The position numbers were made by a program, and so were the translations under genes. A stretch of 64,000 bases of DNA, from positions 146,012,001 through 146,076,000 of the forward strand of contig CM059432.1 of the NCBI GenBank assembly GCA_030390025.1. Reading direction: 5' to 3'. This stretch comes from Squalus acanthias (taxonomy: Eukaryota). Below, one piece after another: positions 47,930 to 61,545 of this stretch (the stretch's first letter is position 1; each line of letters begins with the position of its first letter). The notes below the pieces were generated by a model that did no database searches, had not been told where the DNA came from, and saw only the letters and a program-made list of their open reading frames with translations.

Positions 47930-50732
47930 ATTAAAGCTAGCCTGCACTGCTTAAAGGCAGTCTGCACCTCTTAAAGGGGAGGTGCCTTCTGCCTGCAAAA
48001 GGTAATTGAACTGGCTTGGAGGACATTGGAGAAGAAAGTTGTAGTGATGGCACAACAGGGGAGAGAGTGTGCACCTAGGTTCTTGGACACAGCACTGGAG
48101 GCCTTGGTCCAGGAGGTCAACTCTAGAAGAGAGGTCTTCTTTCCATAACGGATCAGGAGGCCCTCCAGGCAGCAGACCAGACTGCAGTGGGAGCAGATAG
48201 CCACTGTGGTAAATGCCAGCAGTATATCCCCGAGAACCTCGACAGTGTGCAGGAAGAAGTTTAATGACCTCACACGAGTGGTCAAGGTCAATGACTTCAA
48301 ATGACATATCCTACCATCTGCACCACTAGCCTTACACAATGGATCACACCCCCATCACTCACTTACTAACAATCTCTACCAAACACGACTCACACTTTAC
48401 ATTCATAGGTTCACCTCACCTGCACACACTTACCACTGCTGCAAGCCTCACACCCACATCTCACAGCTTGAATACACTGTCAGCTATACAACCATGACAG
48501 GCACATCACCCAAACATATTACACCACACTCACTGACACACTTCCCTTTCTCTTGCAGGAAAAGGTGGTGCATAACCGGTGCCAGCAGACCTTAACTGGC
48601 AGGGGACAGGCTCGCCTGCAATACCTCACCCCCATGAAGGAGACAGTGCTTGCCATCCTTGGCAGGGTAATGGCCGAGCCCATGGCCAGCGGCGGGACTG
48701 AAAGAATAGAAGATGCCGGTATCCTCATACTAATTCTCACATCCTACCTCCCCCTCATCCCACAATCTCTTTTGATTTACAATCTGCACATGGTGTAAGC
48801 ATGTACCTCTTGCTTTCCCTCCCTTCCCTCACCACAACCCTACCCTTGTGCCTTTCTCATTTCAGACACGAAATCCAGCCTGCCCAGCCAATGGGTCAAC
48901 ATGAAGAGGGAGAGGAGAGTGAAGGAGAAACACATGACGAAATGTCATCGACCTGAAACGCTAACTCTGTTTCTCTCTCCACAGATGCTGCCTGACCTGC
49001 TGAGTATTTCCAGCATTTTCTGTTTTTATTTCAAATTTCCATCATCCGCAATATTTTGCTTTTGTAGAAGAAGCACTGCCACTCGATTTCACACTCCCAA
49101 CCACCAGATCAGATACTGACACTCCGCGTACTTCAGAGGATAGGTTAGATGCGGGATCTACATGCGGTGAGCCACCGGGCATGAATGGCCTGCAGCCAGG
49201 GCAGGGAGAAAGGGTAGCTCAGGTGCCAGCTCCCTGGAGAGCGAGGTCGCACACAAGTTCTGCTGCACAGGACTCAAATGAAGACTTTGATGGGGCGGCC
49301 TACTGAAGAATGCTGATGGGCATGCACAATGAAATGCTTGGTGCACTTGAGGCCTGTAGGGCTCCTCCAGAGCGGTCCAGGCAGCGGAACTGTTGCTTCA
49401 GCACGTCAATGGTCTTCTCTATGATGTTTCGTGTGGCAGCATGGCTCTCGTTGTACGCATGCTGGTCATGTGTGGTTGGGTTGCGGAGCAGAGTCATGAG
49501 CCAGGTGGTCAGCAGACAGCTCTTGTTGCTGAGTAGCCACCCTCTGGTTTGTCTTGGAGACTCAAAGACTGAGGGAACAGCGGACTGGCACAGAACAAAA
49601 GCATCATGACTGCTGCCAGGATACCGGGTATTCGCCATCATGATATGTTGAGCTGGTTGCACACCATCTGCACATTCAGCGAGTGGTGACATTTGCGGTT
49701 GCAGTACATCTCAGCATGTAGATACGGTGTCCGCAGTCGATGGCGCCCTGCACCATGGGGATGTCCGCTATTCTGGCAAAGTCCCCTCTCCTGGTATAAA
49801 GAGTGTCTGTCACCTCTCTTATGCAGCAGTGGACGGCGAACTGTGAGATGTTACAGATGTTGTCTGCTCCAGCCTGGAAGGATCCCGACGCGAAGAAATT
49901 CAGGGCCACGGTCACCTTGACAGCCACTGGCAGTGCTGTCCTTGTCCTGGAGTGAGGCTGCAGGTCTGGTTGCAAGAGGTGGCAGGGGTCTGTGAGCACC
50001 TTCTTCATAAAGCGCCGATGCCTCACACACTGCTCCTGGCTCAGGTTAAGGTAAGAGAATTGCTTTTGGACAACCCAAGGTGGGTAAGGCCTCCTGCTGA
50101 GAGCCCTTCTCCCCTTCCTCCTCCTCCCTCTGCGAGCAGCTTGTCCTCTTCTTCGCCGCCTCTGCTCCATCTCCCTGTCGTGCTGCAGGCCAAGGGGGAT
50201 GACAACTGGAGCACCCAACGACTGGGAGCAAGTGGCCTGACCAGAACCCTTGAAGTCAGAAACAAGGCCTTCTCCACTTGCAGCACCACTCCCCGTCACC
50301 TCACCAACTTTAAACAACTCTAGAAAGCTCTAAACTGTTCCACAAACTTGCACAGAGCCAGTAGAAATCAAAAAGCAAGATACCTGAAAGTTGTTGATGA
50401 TCCCTTAGCGCTAGTCGGGGGGGGGGGGTCCTTCCTGCTGCTGAACGCATGTTCAGCTGTGCGAGGTTAGCACAGGGCGTTAGTTCCTGCGATGATGATG
50501 AAAATGGCAGCGCTGGCATCAAATCAGCATTGTGCGCTGATTGCCGTCACGATCTACCTACTTACCATACTTCCAGCGCACGCTCCTGACGGTCTCCCTA
50601 CCGCCCTCACCAAGATAGCTTCCAGCGCGCCCGCACCAGAAGTGTGCGTGCGCTGCTCCGACACCATTTTGGACCCAATTCGGCAACTGTAGCGCGCAAA
50701 CAACGGGCACTACGCAACTGAATTTCTAGGCC
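47930..50732. mobile_element. Decayed two-gene Harbinger, same family as 8815-11930 (Myb + about 48047-49345; transposase - about 49350-50230)
   Basis: RKKFNDLTRVVK, EKVVHNR...TGRG, MVQGAIDC, IEKTIDVLKQQFRCLD; internal deletion joins the two genes; end gaatttctaggcc. Confidence 0.8.
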
Positions 50733-50878
50733 AGAATCTCTCCTTTGCCATAATACCTTGGAAGGTTTGTCAGGCAATATGCAGGAAGTGCAACAAAGCC
50801 ACAGTTGGGGTTTCCAGCTCCATGGAAGCAGACTGTTGCTCTGGAGGCAATTGAGGATGAATTGGCAGGAACTGCATT

Positions 50879-51129
50879 GAAACATAGAAACATAGAAGAT
50901 AGGAGCAGGAGTAGGCCATTCAGCCCCTCGAGCCTGCTCCGCCATTCGATGAGATCATGGCTGATCATCCAAATTCAGTACCCTGTCCTGCCTTCTCTCC
51001 ATATCCCTTGATCCCTTTAGCCTTAAGAAATATATCTAACTCCTTCTTGAATATATTTAATGAATTGGCCTCTACTGCCTTCTGTGGTAGAGAATTCCAC
51101 AGGTTCACCACTCTCTGGGTGAAGAAATT
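50879..51129 (-). mobile_element. Young CR1 3' end
   Basis: Near-identical to the 33063 and 38244 3' ends. Confidence 0.9.
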
Positions 51130-52107
51130 GCAGCTTCCAGATCATGGCGAGTGCTGTGTTTCAGGGTTGGACAGATCTGAAAGCTGCCATTAGACCAGAC
51201 AACCCACTGATCACTGGGGCTGCTGAACCAGGGTCCAGTATAATGACAGCGGCTGAAGTCCCTCTTGTGTCTGGTACTGCAGTCTCTCAGGACTGCAGCC
51301 CATGCCAGGACTCTGGCAGTGTCCCTCCGAGCACAGTGCCTGTGAAGGTGGCAGGTGAGCAGGCTGCCCAGGAACTTCATTCACAGCCATGAGCAACTCA
51401 CTTTCAGCAGCCACCTGCCATGAACTAAAAGCTATCTAAGTCTCATGACCCTTCTGTACAGCCTGTGTAGCCACCTATCATGTGCCAGCCTGGCCCAGAG
51501 ATGGCAGTTAGAAGTAGCAACAGGGTAGGAAGTGACGCCTCGTCAGCGAGGGAAATCAAGGTGTAAATGCAGAGCACTATGTTTGTTCGTTTCAAATGGA
51601 AAGCATGCTTTTTGATTACTGTACATTTTTTGCACTGATCTTGTACTTTGTTGTTCGCGGAGATTAAAGTAATTTTTAAAAGGGAGCTTCTTCGCTGGTG
51701 TGGTTATTGATACTCGGGAGATGAATATTGGCACAGTCATGTGCTGAGGCTTGGTACTGGTTTCAAGAAAGAACATTTTCTTGGCAACTGCCACAAAAGA
51801 GGGTGATGCTACAGTGAGCTGCTGTCGCTGATCAATGGTTGAACGAACACCTCCCGCACAATCTGATTTTGGATGTTTTTTTTAACTTCTGTCCTAAGTT
51901 CTTCGTATTCCTTTTTGTCCTGCTCTCCTTTAGTTTATAAGTACTTCTTATATGTCTTTTCCTTTCGATTCAATTAGCCTTGTAGGTCTTTATTCATCCA
52001 CGGTGCCCATAATTAGCTTGCTTTTTTTTGCCTTTTGGTGGAATACATTTCGCTTGAACTCTATTGATTACCCTTTTAAAGATTTCCCATCGTTTTTCGG
52101 TCTCTTT

Positions 52108-52562
52108 GGGGGAAAAATTCAGTATCAACCATTTTGGGGCGCGAACATCACCTGGGTGCTAAATTTAGCGCCGGGTGAAAAATAGCGCCGGCAATCGGTA
52201 AATTCAGTTTTAGCGCCCCAAGAGGGAGGTGGAGCGCTAATTCAAGTGCTCCACTTCCTTCTTAGAGCGCTAACCCCGAATATCGGGGCCACGCATGGAA
52301 GGGCTCTTTCCCTCATTAAAGGGGAGGGCCCAAGCCCACAACTCTGCTGCCATCGCTGATTCAGGGGGCGTGGTCCAATTTTGCAGGCGGGGTGAAAATG
52401 GGACGCTGCACACGGCGATGACAATGTCATCGCCTGCGCAGCGGAGCGGGGCGCTACCAGTTACTGCTGCTGCTAAACCCCTGCTGAATTTAGCGGGAGT
52501 CTTCAGTGGCGCCGCGCCCCGGGGCACTAACGAGAAGTGCAAATGCACCGAATTTCTAGCCC
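52108..52562. mobile_element. Harbinger-type MITE (related to 8008 and 61696)
   Basis: GGGGGAAAAATTCAGT / ACCGAATTTCTAGCCC ends; TAGCGCC motifs. Confidence 0.7.
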
Positions 52563-53229
52563 GTATGTTTTCCAAGATTTTCTCCCAGTTTACTTTCTTT
52601 AGTTCATTTCCTCATAATTTGCTCTTTTTTTGTGTGTGCGCGGCCCCTTTAAAGGGCTGCGTGGCCCACTTGCAGTTTTGCGCATGCGCGAAATTTAACA
52701 ATGGAAAAGCCGGTCTCGGGCTGCGTGGGACCAGCTGAGAGGGAACGTTGATTCAGAGTGTGTAAGCCATTGTTGCAAGGCCTGCATGCATTTGTGGTGA
52801 TGGCCGCGTTTGATGCTCCATCCGGTTGGCTACTCTCAGATTGCCCCTTTAAATACCGCAGTTCAGATTGGACGTGAAACCCAGAAGTAAAATGGTAATG
52901 AGGTGGTTGAGTTAAAAAGCCACAGTCGCGCTGCACTTAGTTCCAGGTTTCCCATGTGCTATCAGGCCGCCCCCCACCCCTGCTCCCGGCACATTCCAAC
53001 GGCACCATTCCAGAGAACTCTTGGCTGTATAAATATTGCCTGCAAGACCTCAGATACACTGGAAATGCAGAAAATGCAGTGCAGGTAGTGAAGGGGGTTG
53101 GGCTAGAAAATACCTGGATGAGAGGCAGAGACCTGGTGCATCAGCAGGATATAAAACATGCTGCTGATTAAAGTGGCAATGGCAACACTGGAGGAAGCAA
53201 GCAACGTGGGCTCGAAGGATGGTCGCCAG

Positions 53230-53465
53230 ATGGAAGAATCAAGCGGCAAACTTCAGGGAGGTGGACCTGGATGTCCTCGTAACAGAGATATGGAGCAGGT
53301 GGCACAATCTGTTTGGGGTTGAGGGGTAGGTGCAGAGGCCCACCAAGCACGTGGTACTCATTTTGTAAAGCAAGGTGGCTGCAGCGGTGAGCACCTCCTC
53401 CTTGCACCCAGGACTTCTTTGAAGTGCAAGAAGAAGTTTAGCAAACTTACCAGAGTAGCCAAGGT
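53230..53465 (+). pseudogene. Harbinger Myb/SANT-like exon 1 remnant
   Basis: PRT..KCKKKFSKLTRVAK|gtaagt. Confidence 0.55.
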
Positions 53466-54613
53466 AAGTTACTTGGTCGTTGACCTTCCCTTGCAGTCAC
53501 TTTGCTCGTGTGGCACTTCTTCATTCATTACCCTCATGGTGCCAAAGGTGAAAGTGGGATCTAATAGTGGGGAGCAGAGGCTCTGTAGAAGTCAATGCCT
53601 GGCTCCTCAGCCTGCGGACTCAGGTCTCTGGGGTCCTGCTCTTGAAGAGGGATGTTGGATGAGCATCACACTCACATGGAAGCACTGAAGACCATCTCGG
53701 AGGCCCTGAGATGGATGGCAAGGTTCAATGCCTTCCTTAATGTCAATATCCAAGATGGATACAACTCAATGCAGCATTACCTGGAGCAGGTGTGGCACCA
53801 TGGACATCCATAGAGAACCCCATGGTGTGACAGAAGGGTGGAAAGGAAAAGCATTCTCTGCTTGAAATTGCTGGGAGGCAGCTTGCAGAATCCTTTCTTA
53901 GTTCTACAGTTGAAAAATTATATTCTTATCACTTCAGTTACAGCTGACATTTTAGACAAAGTTTATGGATGTTCAAAAGCCTGTGATCTCAAGTACTTTC
54001 TGGTTTGACAAGTCATGCAGATAATTTACCCTCTTTTCTACAGGCTCAGCTTAAGTCAGGTGCAATATTAACCTAAATGGTAGGATTTCTAGGACAGCAT
54101 GATTGGCCCTCACAACGCTGCTATTTGCACAATTTGGAGTCGGTGCATCTTCTGCCAGCAGCCAATTCCACTGGAATTTAGTCTGTATTTTAGAACGAGT
54201 GCATTTCTGCGTATCTGACATATGCCTCAAAGTCTTACTCCTTATGTCAGAACTCCACCATTTTTGCACCAAAAAAAAAATCTCAAAATGTCAGGTCCAA
54301 CGTCTGCAGGGAATTGGACTGGAGGACAAAATTGGTGGAGGAAATTGGAGGGGAAAAGTAAAGAAAGAAGTTTGCATCTATATCACTTTTTCTTGACTGC
54401 TGACTGATTCCAGCCTTCCCTGGCAGTGGGAATAAGAATATCTGTGATATTTGTGCCACTACCCACTCATGTCAATATGAGCAGTTTCAAACTGGAAGGA
54501 CAGGCAGGTGTACATTGGAAATAGTAAAGTTGAAAAAATAATTATTTGATAATGTTTAAAAAAAATAACTTCTCGAAATCGCTGAATGCTGCAAGCCTAA
54601 TGTGAATACTAAC

Positions 54614-54779
54614 CTCTTTTGGAGGGCAATCTATCTTGGCACGGTTTGGAAGTTTGATATTAGTCTTAGAAAACAGGCCTATATTAGATTTAGGTCTCAG
54701 TTGACGATCTTCCCAATCTTTCAGTACAAGGCCAGCTTGTCTTATGGGAAATCCTTGGTTAATACAGTACCTCGGACCC
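54614..54779 (-). CDS. RGS22: RGS22-like exon (W|GPRYCINQGFPIRQAGLVLKDWEDRQLRPKSNIGLFSK...CPPKE), phase 2/0
   Basis: ttacag acceptor, gttagt donor, 166 nt; resembles recalled human WAPRFC...LKFWHLRQAKPRKDIDPFPQ. Confidence 0.85.
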
Positions 54780-55250
54780 CTGTAATTGTTTGGAACAAAA
54801 ATAAAAATGAAAAGTTCAATTTCCTAAGGATATATTTGTGGGGATTCTAATAGTCATTTAGTTGTCAATTCATTTTGTTAAATATGTCCATTGCAAGATT
54901 TGACCTCTTTGTATGAGTTGGAATACCGTATCCATACTCCAATAACTTCAGCAGTAGGGAACACGCAAAAGACTTCTTCAAAAGCAGATTTGGATTCACC
55001 TCAGTCATTACAGATGATAAAGTATTTTAAATGTTTCATCTTGTTTTGCTTTAAAGTATACACCTGTCCAAATTGTAGGCTTTCTAGTCCAGTAACAATC
55101 ATGGGTAAACCATTCCATAATCTGAGCACAAAGTTTCGTGATTCCAGTCTTCAGTTAATACATTCACTGCGCACAATATATTGTTTAGATATAAATAAAT
55201 ATACATTAAATGCATTAACCTGCATTGACCAGGCTTGTGCCTGTACTCAC

Positions 55251-55412
55251 CAATACAGAAGCAGAGGCGCCACTATATCTGACTGAATCTGACACAAGTT
55301 TTCCACAGTCCACTGGGAGATAAATGACAGACCCAGCCTTGCACGCGTTTCTGTATTGATGCAGTATTCACCATCACTAAACAAATACCGATCCCGTACC
55401 TTGTTCAGGTAG
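55251..55412 (-). CDS. RGS22: RGS22-like exon (YLNKVRDRYLFSDGEYC...QWTVENLCQIQSDIVAPLLLYW), phase 2/2
   Basis: ttttaaag acceptor, gtgagt donor, 162 nt; resembles recalled human HLEKMKKCYLVSNGDYY...QWNEEHLRNIQSEVLKPLLLYW. Confidence 0.88.
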
Positions 55413-55660
55413 CTTTAAAACAAAGAACAAAAATATAATTAATACAACACAAAAATATAATTAATGAATCAATACAAAGTATCTAAAAAAAAAATTGGAG
55501 AAAGATTTGAACAAATCTGAAAATAGATCAACAATTTCTCAGGAACTGTTGATTTACAAATGTAAACCCAGATAAACGATACTGTATTTCAGGTAGTCAC
55601 TCCACCCCCTCCTTCTTTCCTTCCCTATCTTTCTGAATACTTTGTAACCAGGAATATTTA

Positions 55661-57424
55661 GGCTGCAATTTTGCCAACCGAGGCGGGTCCGGGACGGACG
55701 GGGTCGGTCTCGCGGTCCCAGCCCGCTGCCTGCTCTAGCCCGCACTCTCCAAGTGATTTTAAGTTGATGGGGCTTGTTAAGCCCGCCCTGCGAGGTTCCC
55801 GGCCAATTAAAAGGAAGCGGGTCTGATGACATCATTTGATGACGCGTCATCAGCCGGTTTCCTTAAAGAGGCCATGTTCAAATTGATTTTGACAGCTGTG
55901 CTGTCAGTGTTCTACAGCATTGAGGTGCTGCAAACACTGACAAGCACTGCACAGAGGTGCACGGCTGCACCGAGGCTCTCCCTGACTCCCGCCATGTGCT
56001 TTTGGAGGGAGTCACAGCACGCAGGGAGGTTCTCTTCCCTTCCAATGGGTGGAAGACACCTCCCCAGGAGATCAACGCAGCCTGGTTGTACATTGCACAG
56101 GAGGACACAAGCAAGGATGTCATCAGGAGTGCCTGGGTGCAATGGCGCAAACCTTTCAATGATCTCAGTTGATCACGAAACTTTACTGCCAAGCCACACT
56201 CAACCTCATCCTGCTGTGCCACTCATCACATCCCCATCACTTGCCTTCCCTACTCCTGCACACCTTTACTCACACCAACTTACTTTGCACCTCCACCCAT
56301 CCCTCTCTATCTACATTATCACATCCCCATTTCACTATCCACCCCTCACACTCACCCTCATCCTACTGCAAGCATACCAACTAACAACACACAAGGGTAG
56401 GCACTTGAGTGTTTTAGCCAATGTTCATGTGAAGTTTCTGTTAATGTGCTATCAAACATTGAAATTTTTATTTTCAACACTTTGCGTTCTTGGACAGATT
56501 TGTGTGCACCTTTGGAAGTGGCTTAGTGAGTTGCAGTGAATGGTGAGACATAAGGGTACCCCTCCCCCCACCCACCCCACAATGGTGATGAGTGTGAAAG
56601 GAATAGCTTGGACATTGTAGGGATGCTTTATGGTGTTGGTGTGGGGTAGTGCTGACCTGGCGCATCATGTGGCAGCCAGGGTGTACAGCATCAAGTGAAG
56701 CAAATCTGGCCATGGTGAGGCCATCCCTGATGTCCCGGGCAGCAATGTAGTTGGGTGCTGATGCCCTGTGTCCTCTGCAGCATCAGTTGATTGCGGAGAA
56801 GGTTGGTGTTGTTGTTGGTGATGCTGGTGTGCCTGGTGATGCTGGTGTTGGGGCTGATCGTGGTGGGATTCAGAGGACCAAGGTGAGATTTTTTCAAGGG
56901 CACTGATGCTGATGGAATAGATGGCAGGTGAGGTTGAGATGACAGAAGCGATCTGTCAATGGTGAGATAGGTTGTTCTAATGAGGTGACACTGGATAGAG
57001 AGTTTGCTCCAAAAACTTGCAACCTGCATAAACCTCAATCTGTCTTCCAAATGCAGTAAGCAAGAGCTTCTAACCTTGGAACCATTTGCAGCTGCTAAGT
57101 TAGTAAACCATCCCATGCTGACACAACACCCGACCTCCTTACCTGATGTGATTCCCGAGCAATGGGGAAGCCGTTGGCGAACCCTAAAAATCTAAAGGTG
57201 GGCTTAAAATGAGACTTAATTGCCTCTTAACAATCCATTTAATGACCTAAGTTGTCTCCCCCGCCGCTTGGTGTCGGGTCTGTTCAGCGCTGACAGACCC
57301 GACATCTGGGAGACTCGGGTGGAGGCGGCTCGACAGCGGGATCCCGACACGCTCTCAATCTTTTCTAATTTGACAGCTGACCCACCTCCGATCCTGCCCT
57401 CTCAGCTCCGGTAAGATTCTGGCC
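55661..57424. mobile_element. Internally deleted Harbinger related to 19631-21869, with Myb remnant (+, about 55950-56172)
   Basis: GGCTGCAATTTT / AAGATTCTGGCC ends, TSD TTA; AWLYIAQ...RKPFNDL. Confidence 0.7.
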
Positions 57425-57699
57425 TTAGTGTCCATTCCTCCCCTTGTTTGAGCCCGATCTCCATTTTTGCCACTATATCATAATCCCTTGTGGCTACTTG
57501 TGCCTGCGTTTCACCAACCTTATTTACCACGCTATTTACCAGCAGCCACAAAGCATTTATGCACAGGCACTCTACATCCATCTTAGCCTGCCTTGCATTT
57601 CCCCCTGTCTGAACTACTCTTCATTCTAATGCTGTTTTTCTCTCCCGGTCCTCTGTGCACCTTGTATCTCTTCTCTAATGCTTCATCCTGGTAATCCTA

Positions 57700-58120
57700 C
57701 CCTGGCAAATGAGTTTAAACTCTCATAGCCACAGCACTATTTAACATCCCCGTGAGGACATTGGTCCCAGCCCTGTTGAGGTGCAACCCGTCCATCTTGT
57801 ACAGGTCCCTCCTGACCCAGAACTGGTCCCAGTGCCCCAGGAATCTGAAGCCCTCCCTTCTGCACCATCCCTCCAGCCACGTGTTAACCTGTCTTATCTT
57901 ATTGCTCCTGTACTCACTAGCGTGTGGCACTGGGAGTAATCCAGAGATTACTACCCTCGGAGGTCCTGCTCTTGAACTTCCTCTCCAGCTCCTGAAACTC
58001 TCTCTGTAGGACCTCAACCCTTTTCCTACCTATGTCATTGATTCCAATATGGACCACGACTTATGGCTGTTCCCCTTCCCCCCGCAAAATGTTCTGCACC
58101 CGGTCAGTGATGTCCTTTAA
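57700..58120 (-). mobile_element. CR1 ORF1 (SGNH esterase-like) fragment
   Basis: VVISGLLPVP...WLEGWCRREGFRF...DGLHLN. Confidence 0.8.
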
Positions 58121-58519
58121 TTAATTTGTAATCAAATGTCATAAAAACCCATCTGGTTCACTAGTGTCCTTTAGAGAAAGAAATCTGCCGTTCTTACCCG
58201 GTCTGGCCTATATGTGACTCCAGACCCACAGCAATGTGGTTGACTCTTAACTGCCCTCTGAAATGGTCTAGCAAGCCACTCAGTTGTACCAAACCGCTAC
58301 AAAGAAGCCGGGCTGCAGCGGTTCAAGAAGTTGTCTCACCACCACCTTCTCAAGGGCAGTTAGGGATGGCCAATAAATGCTGGCCTTGCCAGCGACACCA
58401 ACATCCCATGAACAAATATTTAAAAAGTTAATATATCTACTAATTATATTCTAGACCTCAGGTGATTCTATTAGTTCTAGAAATAAATGACTGCCAACAA
58501 TAAATAAATAAATAAAGAT

Positions 58520-59270
58520 TAGAAATTGCAACACCGGCAGTTTGTTGGGACTGTAGAATGTGGGAGTGTTTTGGGCAGCAAGACTGTCCCAGATTGCCAC
58601 ATCTGCAGGAAGTGTCTCTGTTGAAACACACCAGCTCACAATTGTTGAGCTGGAGTGTGAGTTAGAGACCCTCCGACACTTAAGGGAGAGGGAGGAATTT
58701 CTGGATAGTTTACTACAGAGTGCAGTCACACCTCAGAATAAAACCCAGGTGCAGGAAGGGGAGAGCGTGACTGTCAGTCAGCAAAGTAGAGGAACCTAGG
58801 CGACACAGAGAAGGAGGTACCACAGTCACTAATCCTATCCAAAAGGTACGATGTACTTGCTAACTGTGGGGATAAGGATGCAGGTTGCAGGCAGAAGGCC
58901 AGAATGCCAACCAAGTTACCGTAGAGCAGGAGACAGTCCAAGGGTGGGGCGGGTGGTGGGGAACAAAATAGAAATAGAATGTTTGTAGTAATAGGGGATT
59001 CGATAAGCTGGGGCACAGATAGCATCATTGCAGTCGCAAGCAGTTGTCGTAGTGCATATCGGGACCAATGACATAGGAAAGTACAGGCAGGAGATCCTGC
59101 TGAGGGATTATCAGGAGAGAACAACTAAATTAAAAATCAGGACCACACGGGTGGTAATCATGGGATTCCTACCTGAGCCACGTGCTAATTAGCATAGATC
59201 AGGAAGGTGAATGCGTGGCTGAAAGATTGGTGTGAGAGACAGGGGTTCATGGAACCAGTACTGGGACAGC
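58520..59270 (+). mobile_element. CR1 ORF1 fragment
   Basis: ICRKC...VELECELETLR; VIGDS; HIGTND. Confidence 0.75.
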
Positions 59271-59843
59271 AACATAGAAACATGGGGGATAATTTTAACA
59301 CCAAAAAATGGGTGTGTTTGGGTAGGGTGGGATGTTAAAATTTTAAAACTCTCAAACCTGAACCTAACCCGCCTCGAACCCGCTCACTTCCAGTTTTACC
59401 GGAGGCAGTACGGGGGTGCGGGGGGAGTGGACGAGTTATTCATTTAAATATTTTAATGAGGCTGTGTGCCTCAAATTCTATCTCTCTTTCAGACTTAACG
59501 TTGGCGGGCCGGGTTTCCCGGGTTGTGGGAAATTCGACAGCTAAAGGAAGGTGATGACTGCTGCGTGGAAAAGGTAAGTGCTTTTCCAGCACTGCTTGTG
59601 GGGGCAGGAGGAGCAGCAGTGCTTCCCACCCCCGGTCCCCCAAGCTGATCTGCTTCCCTCCCCGCGATCGGACACACCCAGCCCCCTCGCAATTGGACCA
59701 CCCCACCCCCGATCGGACCACCCCCATGAACACTGACCCCCCTGGATCATCGACCCCACCCCCCCACCCCGCAACCATTGACGCCCCCAGTGATCACCGA
59801 CCCCCTGCGATCACTGATTTACCCCGTGATCACTGACACCCCA

Positions 59844-60608
59844 GGCTGGATTTTCTCAGCCCCGAGGAGGCGGGCATGGAGGCGGGACTGCCAGTAAAGT
59901 AGTAGAAAGTTGGGGTGGATGGCAAACCCGCCCCCATCCCGCCTCCGTGCCCTTTTGCCAGGAGGCGGGAAGATGTGTTGCTTCGGGTCCTGTCTCCTGG
60001 AGGCGGGAAAGGCAGTTAACAAGCAGGAAAAAGAATTAGTGCCATTTTGCCTTCTCAGGTGAAGGCTTCCCGACCTTGGAGAACCCCGCCGGGTTGGAGG
60101 AGACATGAAGGAGGTCTGCGGGGGTCGGAGGCACCTGGAAGTAAGATGTAGAGGTGAGTGATGGGTGTAAGTGTGGAGTGGTAAGTATGTAAGGTGAGTG
60201 ATAAGTGTTAAAAAATGTTCATTTACCTTGTTTTCTTCCTACAGCCTTCATCCGCTCTGGATCGGGAGACCCGACATCCTCCTTGTCGATTTCACAGACT
60301 GGCTGTTGGATCCTCTGACCCAACAGCCATCTGAAATCTACAAAGTTGAAAGGTTTGATGAGTCCTGAACACAAGAGCTCATCAAACTACAGAGAATGTC
60401 AATGTTTGACAGCTTCACAGAGCTGTCAAACACTGACATTTCTTCTTTCAAGAAGTCTTGACAGATAGTACATCAGACGTTGATGTGCTCTGTCAGTGAC
60501 TTCCTCCCTAATTGGACTGCTGAGCCCGCAGACAATGATGGAGGCGGGACATTGACACGACAAGCAGCAGTCCCGCCTCCAACTCATCTCCATTGAGAAA
60601 ATCCAGCC
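59844..60608. mobile_element. Harbinger-type MITE nested in a larger GC-rich element (about 59284-60899)
   Basis: GGCTGGATTTTCTCA / TGAGAAAATCCAGCC TIRs. Confidence 0.7.
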
Positions 60609-60914
60609 CCCCATCTCCGCCCCTGATCTCACTCTGACCCTCTACAATCACCCCCTGACCTTACCAACCATGATGTACCCCCCCTCCCTCACGATCTCTA
60701 CCCCGAGGAGCAGGAAAGCTACCCACTCCTGGGCTGCGGCCTCTTCTGCAGCGTTCCCCGCCCGTCGGGGAACCGAGCCTATCAATCAGGCTGGCTTCCA
60801 GGCGGGGAACCTGTTTAAAAAAAAAAGCACTCTGTGGAGTTAAAACTTGACAGCGACCCGACCAGAACTCTTCCCTGCCCCACTTGGAAATCCCGCCCCA
60901 GTAAATATCTGGTC

Positions 60915-61542
60915 CATGAGAACAGAAGTCGGCCATTCAGCACCTCGAGCCTGTTCTGCTATTCAATTAGATCATGGCTGACCTGTATTTCAACTCCATC
61001 TACCCTCCTTGGTTCTGTAACCCATAATACACTTGCCTAACGAAAGTCTATCAATCTTAGTTTTGAAATTTTCAATTGACCCCCCAGCCTCAACATCTTT
61101 TTAGGGGAGAGAGTTCCAGATTTCCACTACCTTTTGTGTGAAGAACTGTTTCCTGACATCACCGCTGAACGGCCTGGCTCTAATTATAAGGTTGTGCCCC
61201 CTTGTTCTGGACTCCCCCACCAGAGGAAATAGTTTCTCTCTATCTACCCTATCAACTCCTTGAATCATCTTAAGCACCTCAATTAGATCACCCCTTAATC
61301 TTCTATACTCAAGAAAGTACAAGCCTAATCTATGCAAACTGTCCTCATAATTTAACACTTTTAGCCCTGGTATCATTCTGGTGAACCTGCACTGCACCCG
61401 ACCCCAAGGCCAGTATATTCTCCTGAGATGTGTTGCCCATAACTAAACACAGTACTCTAAATGGAGTCTCACCACAGCTTTATACAAGGAGAAAATAATT
61501 TCTACCCCTTTGTATTTCAGCCCCCTTGAGATAAAGGCCAAC
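60915..61542 (-). mobile_element. CR1 3' fragment
   Basis: ORF 61101-61397 RT C-terminus. Confidence 0.85.
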
Positions 61543-61545
61543 AAG

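Noticed and set aside
48934..48966. Functional hammerhead
   Set aside because: Truncated; the core reads AUGACGA and the stem I 5' arm is missing.
54890..55065. Additional RGS22 exon
   Set aside because: Stops in all minus-strand frames after the candidate acceptor; exons 55251 and 54779 already join in frame at the W codon.
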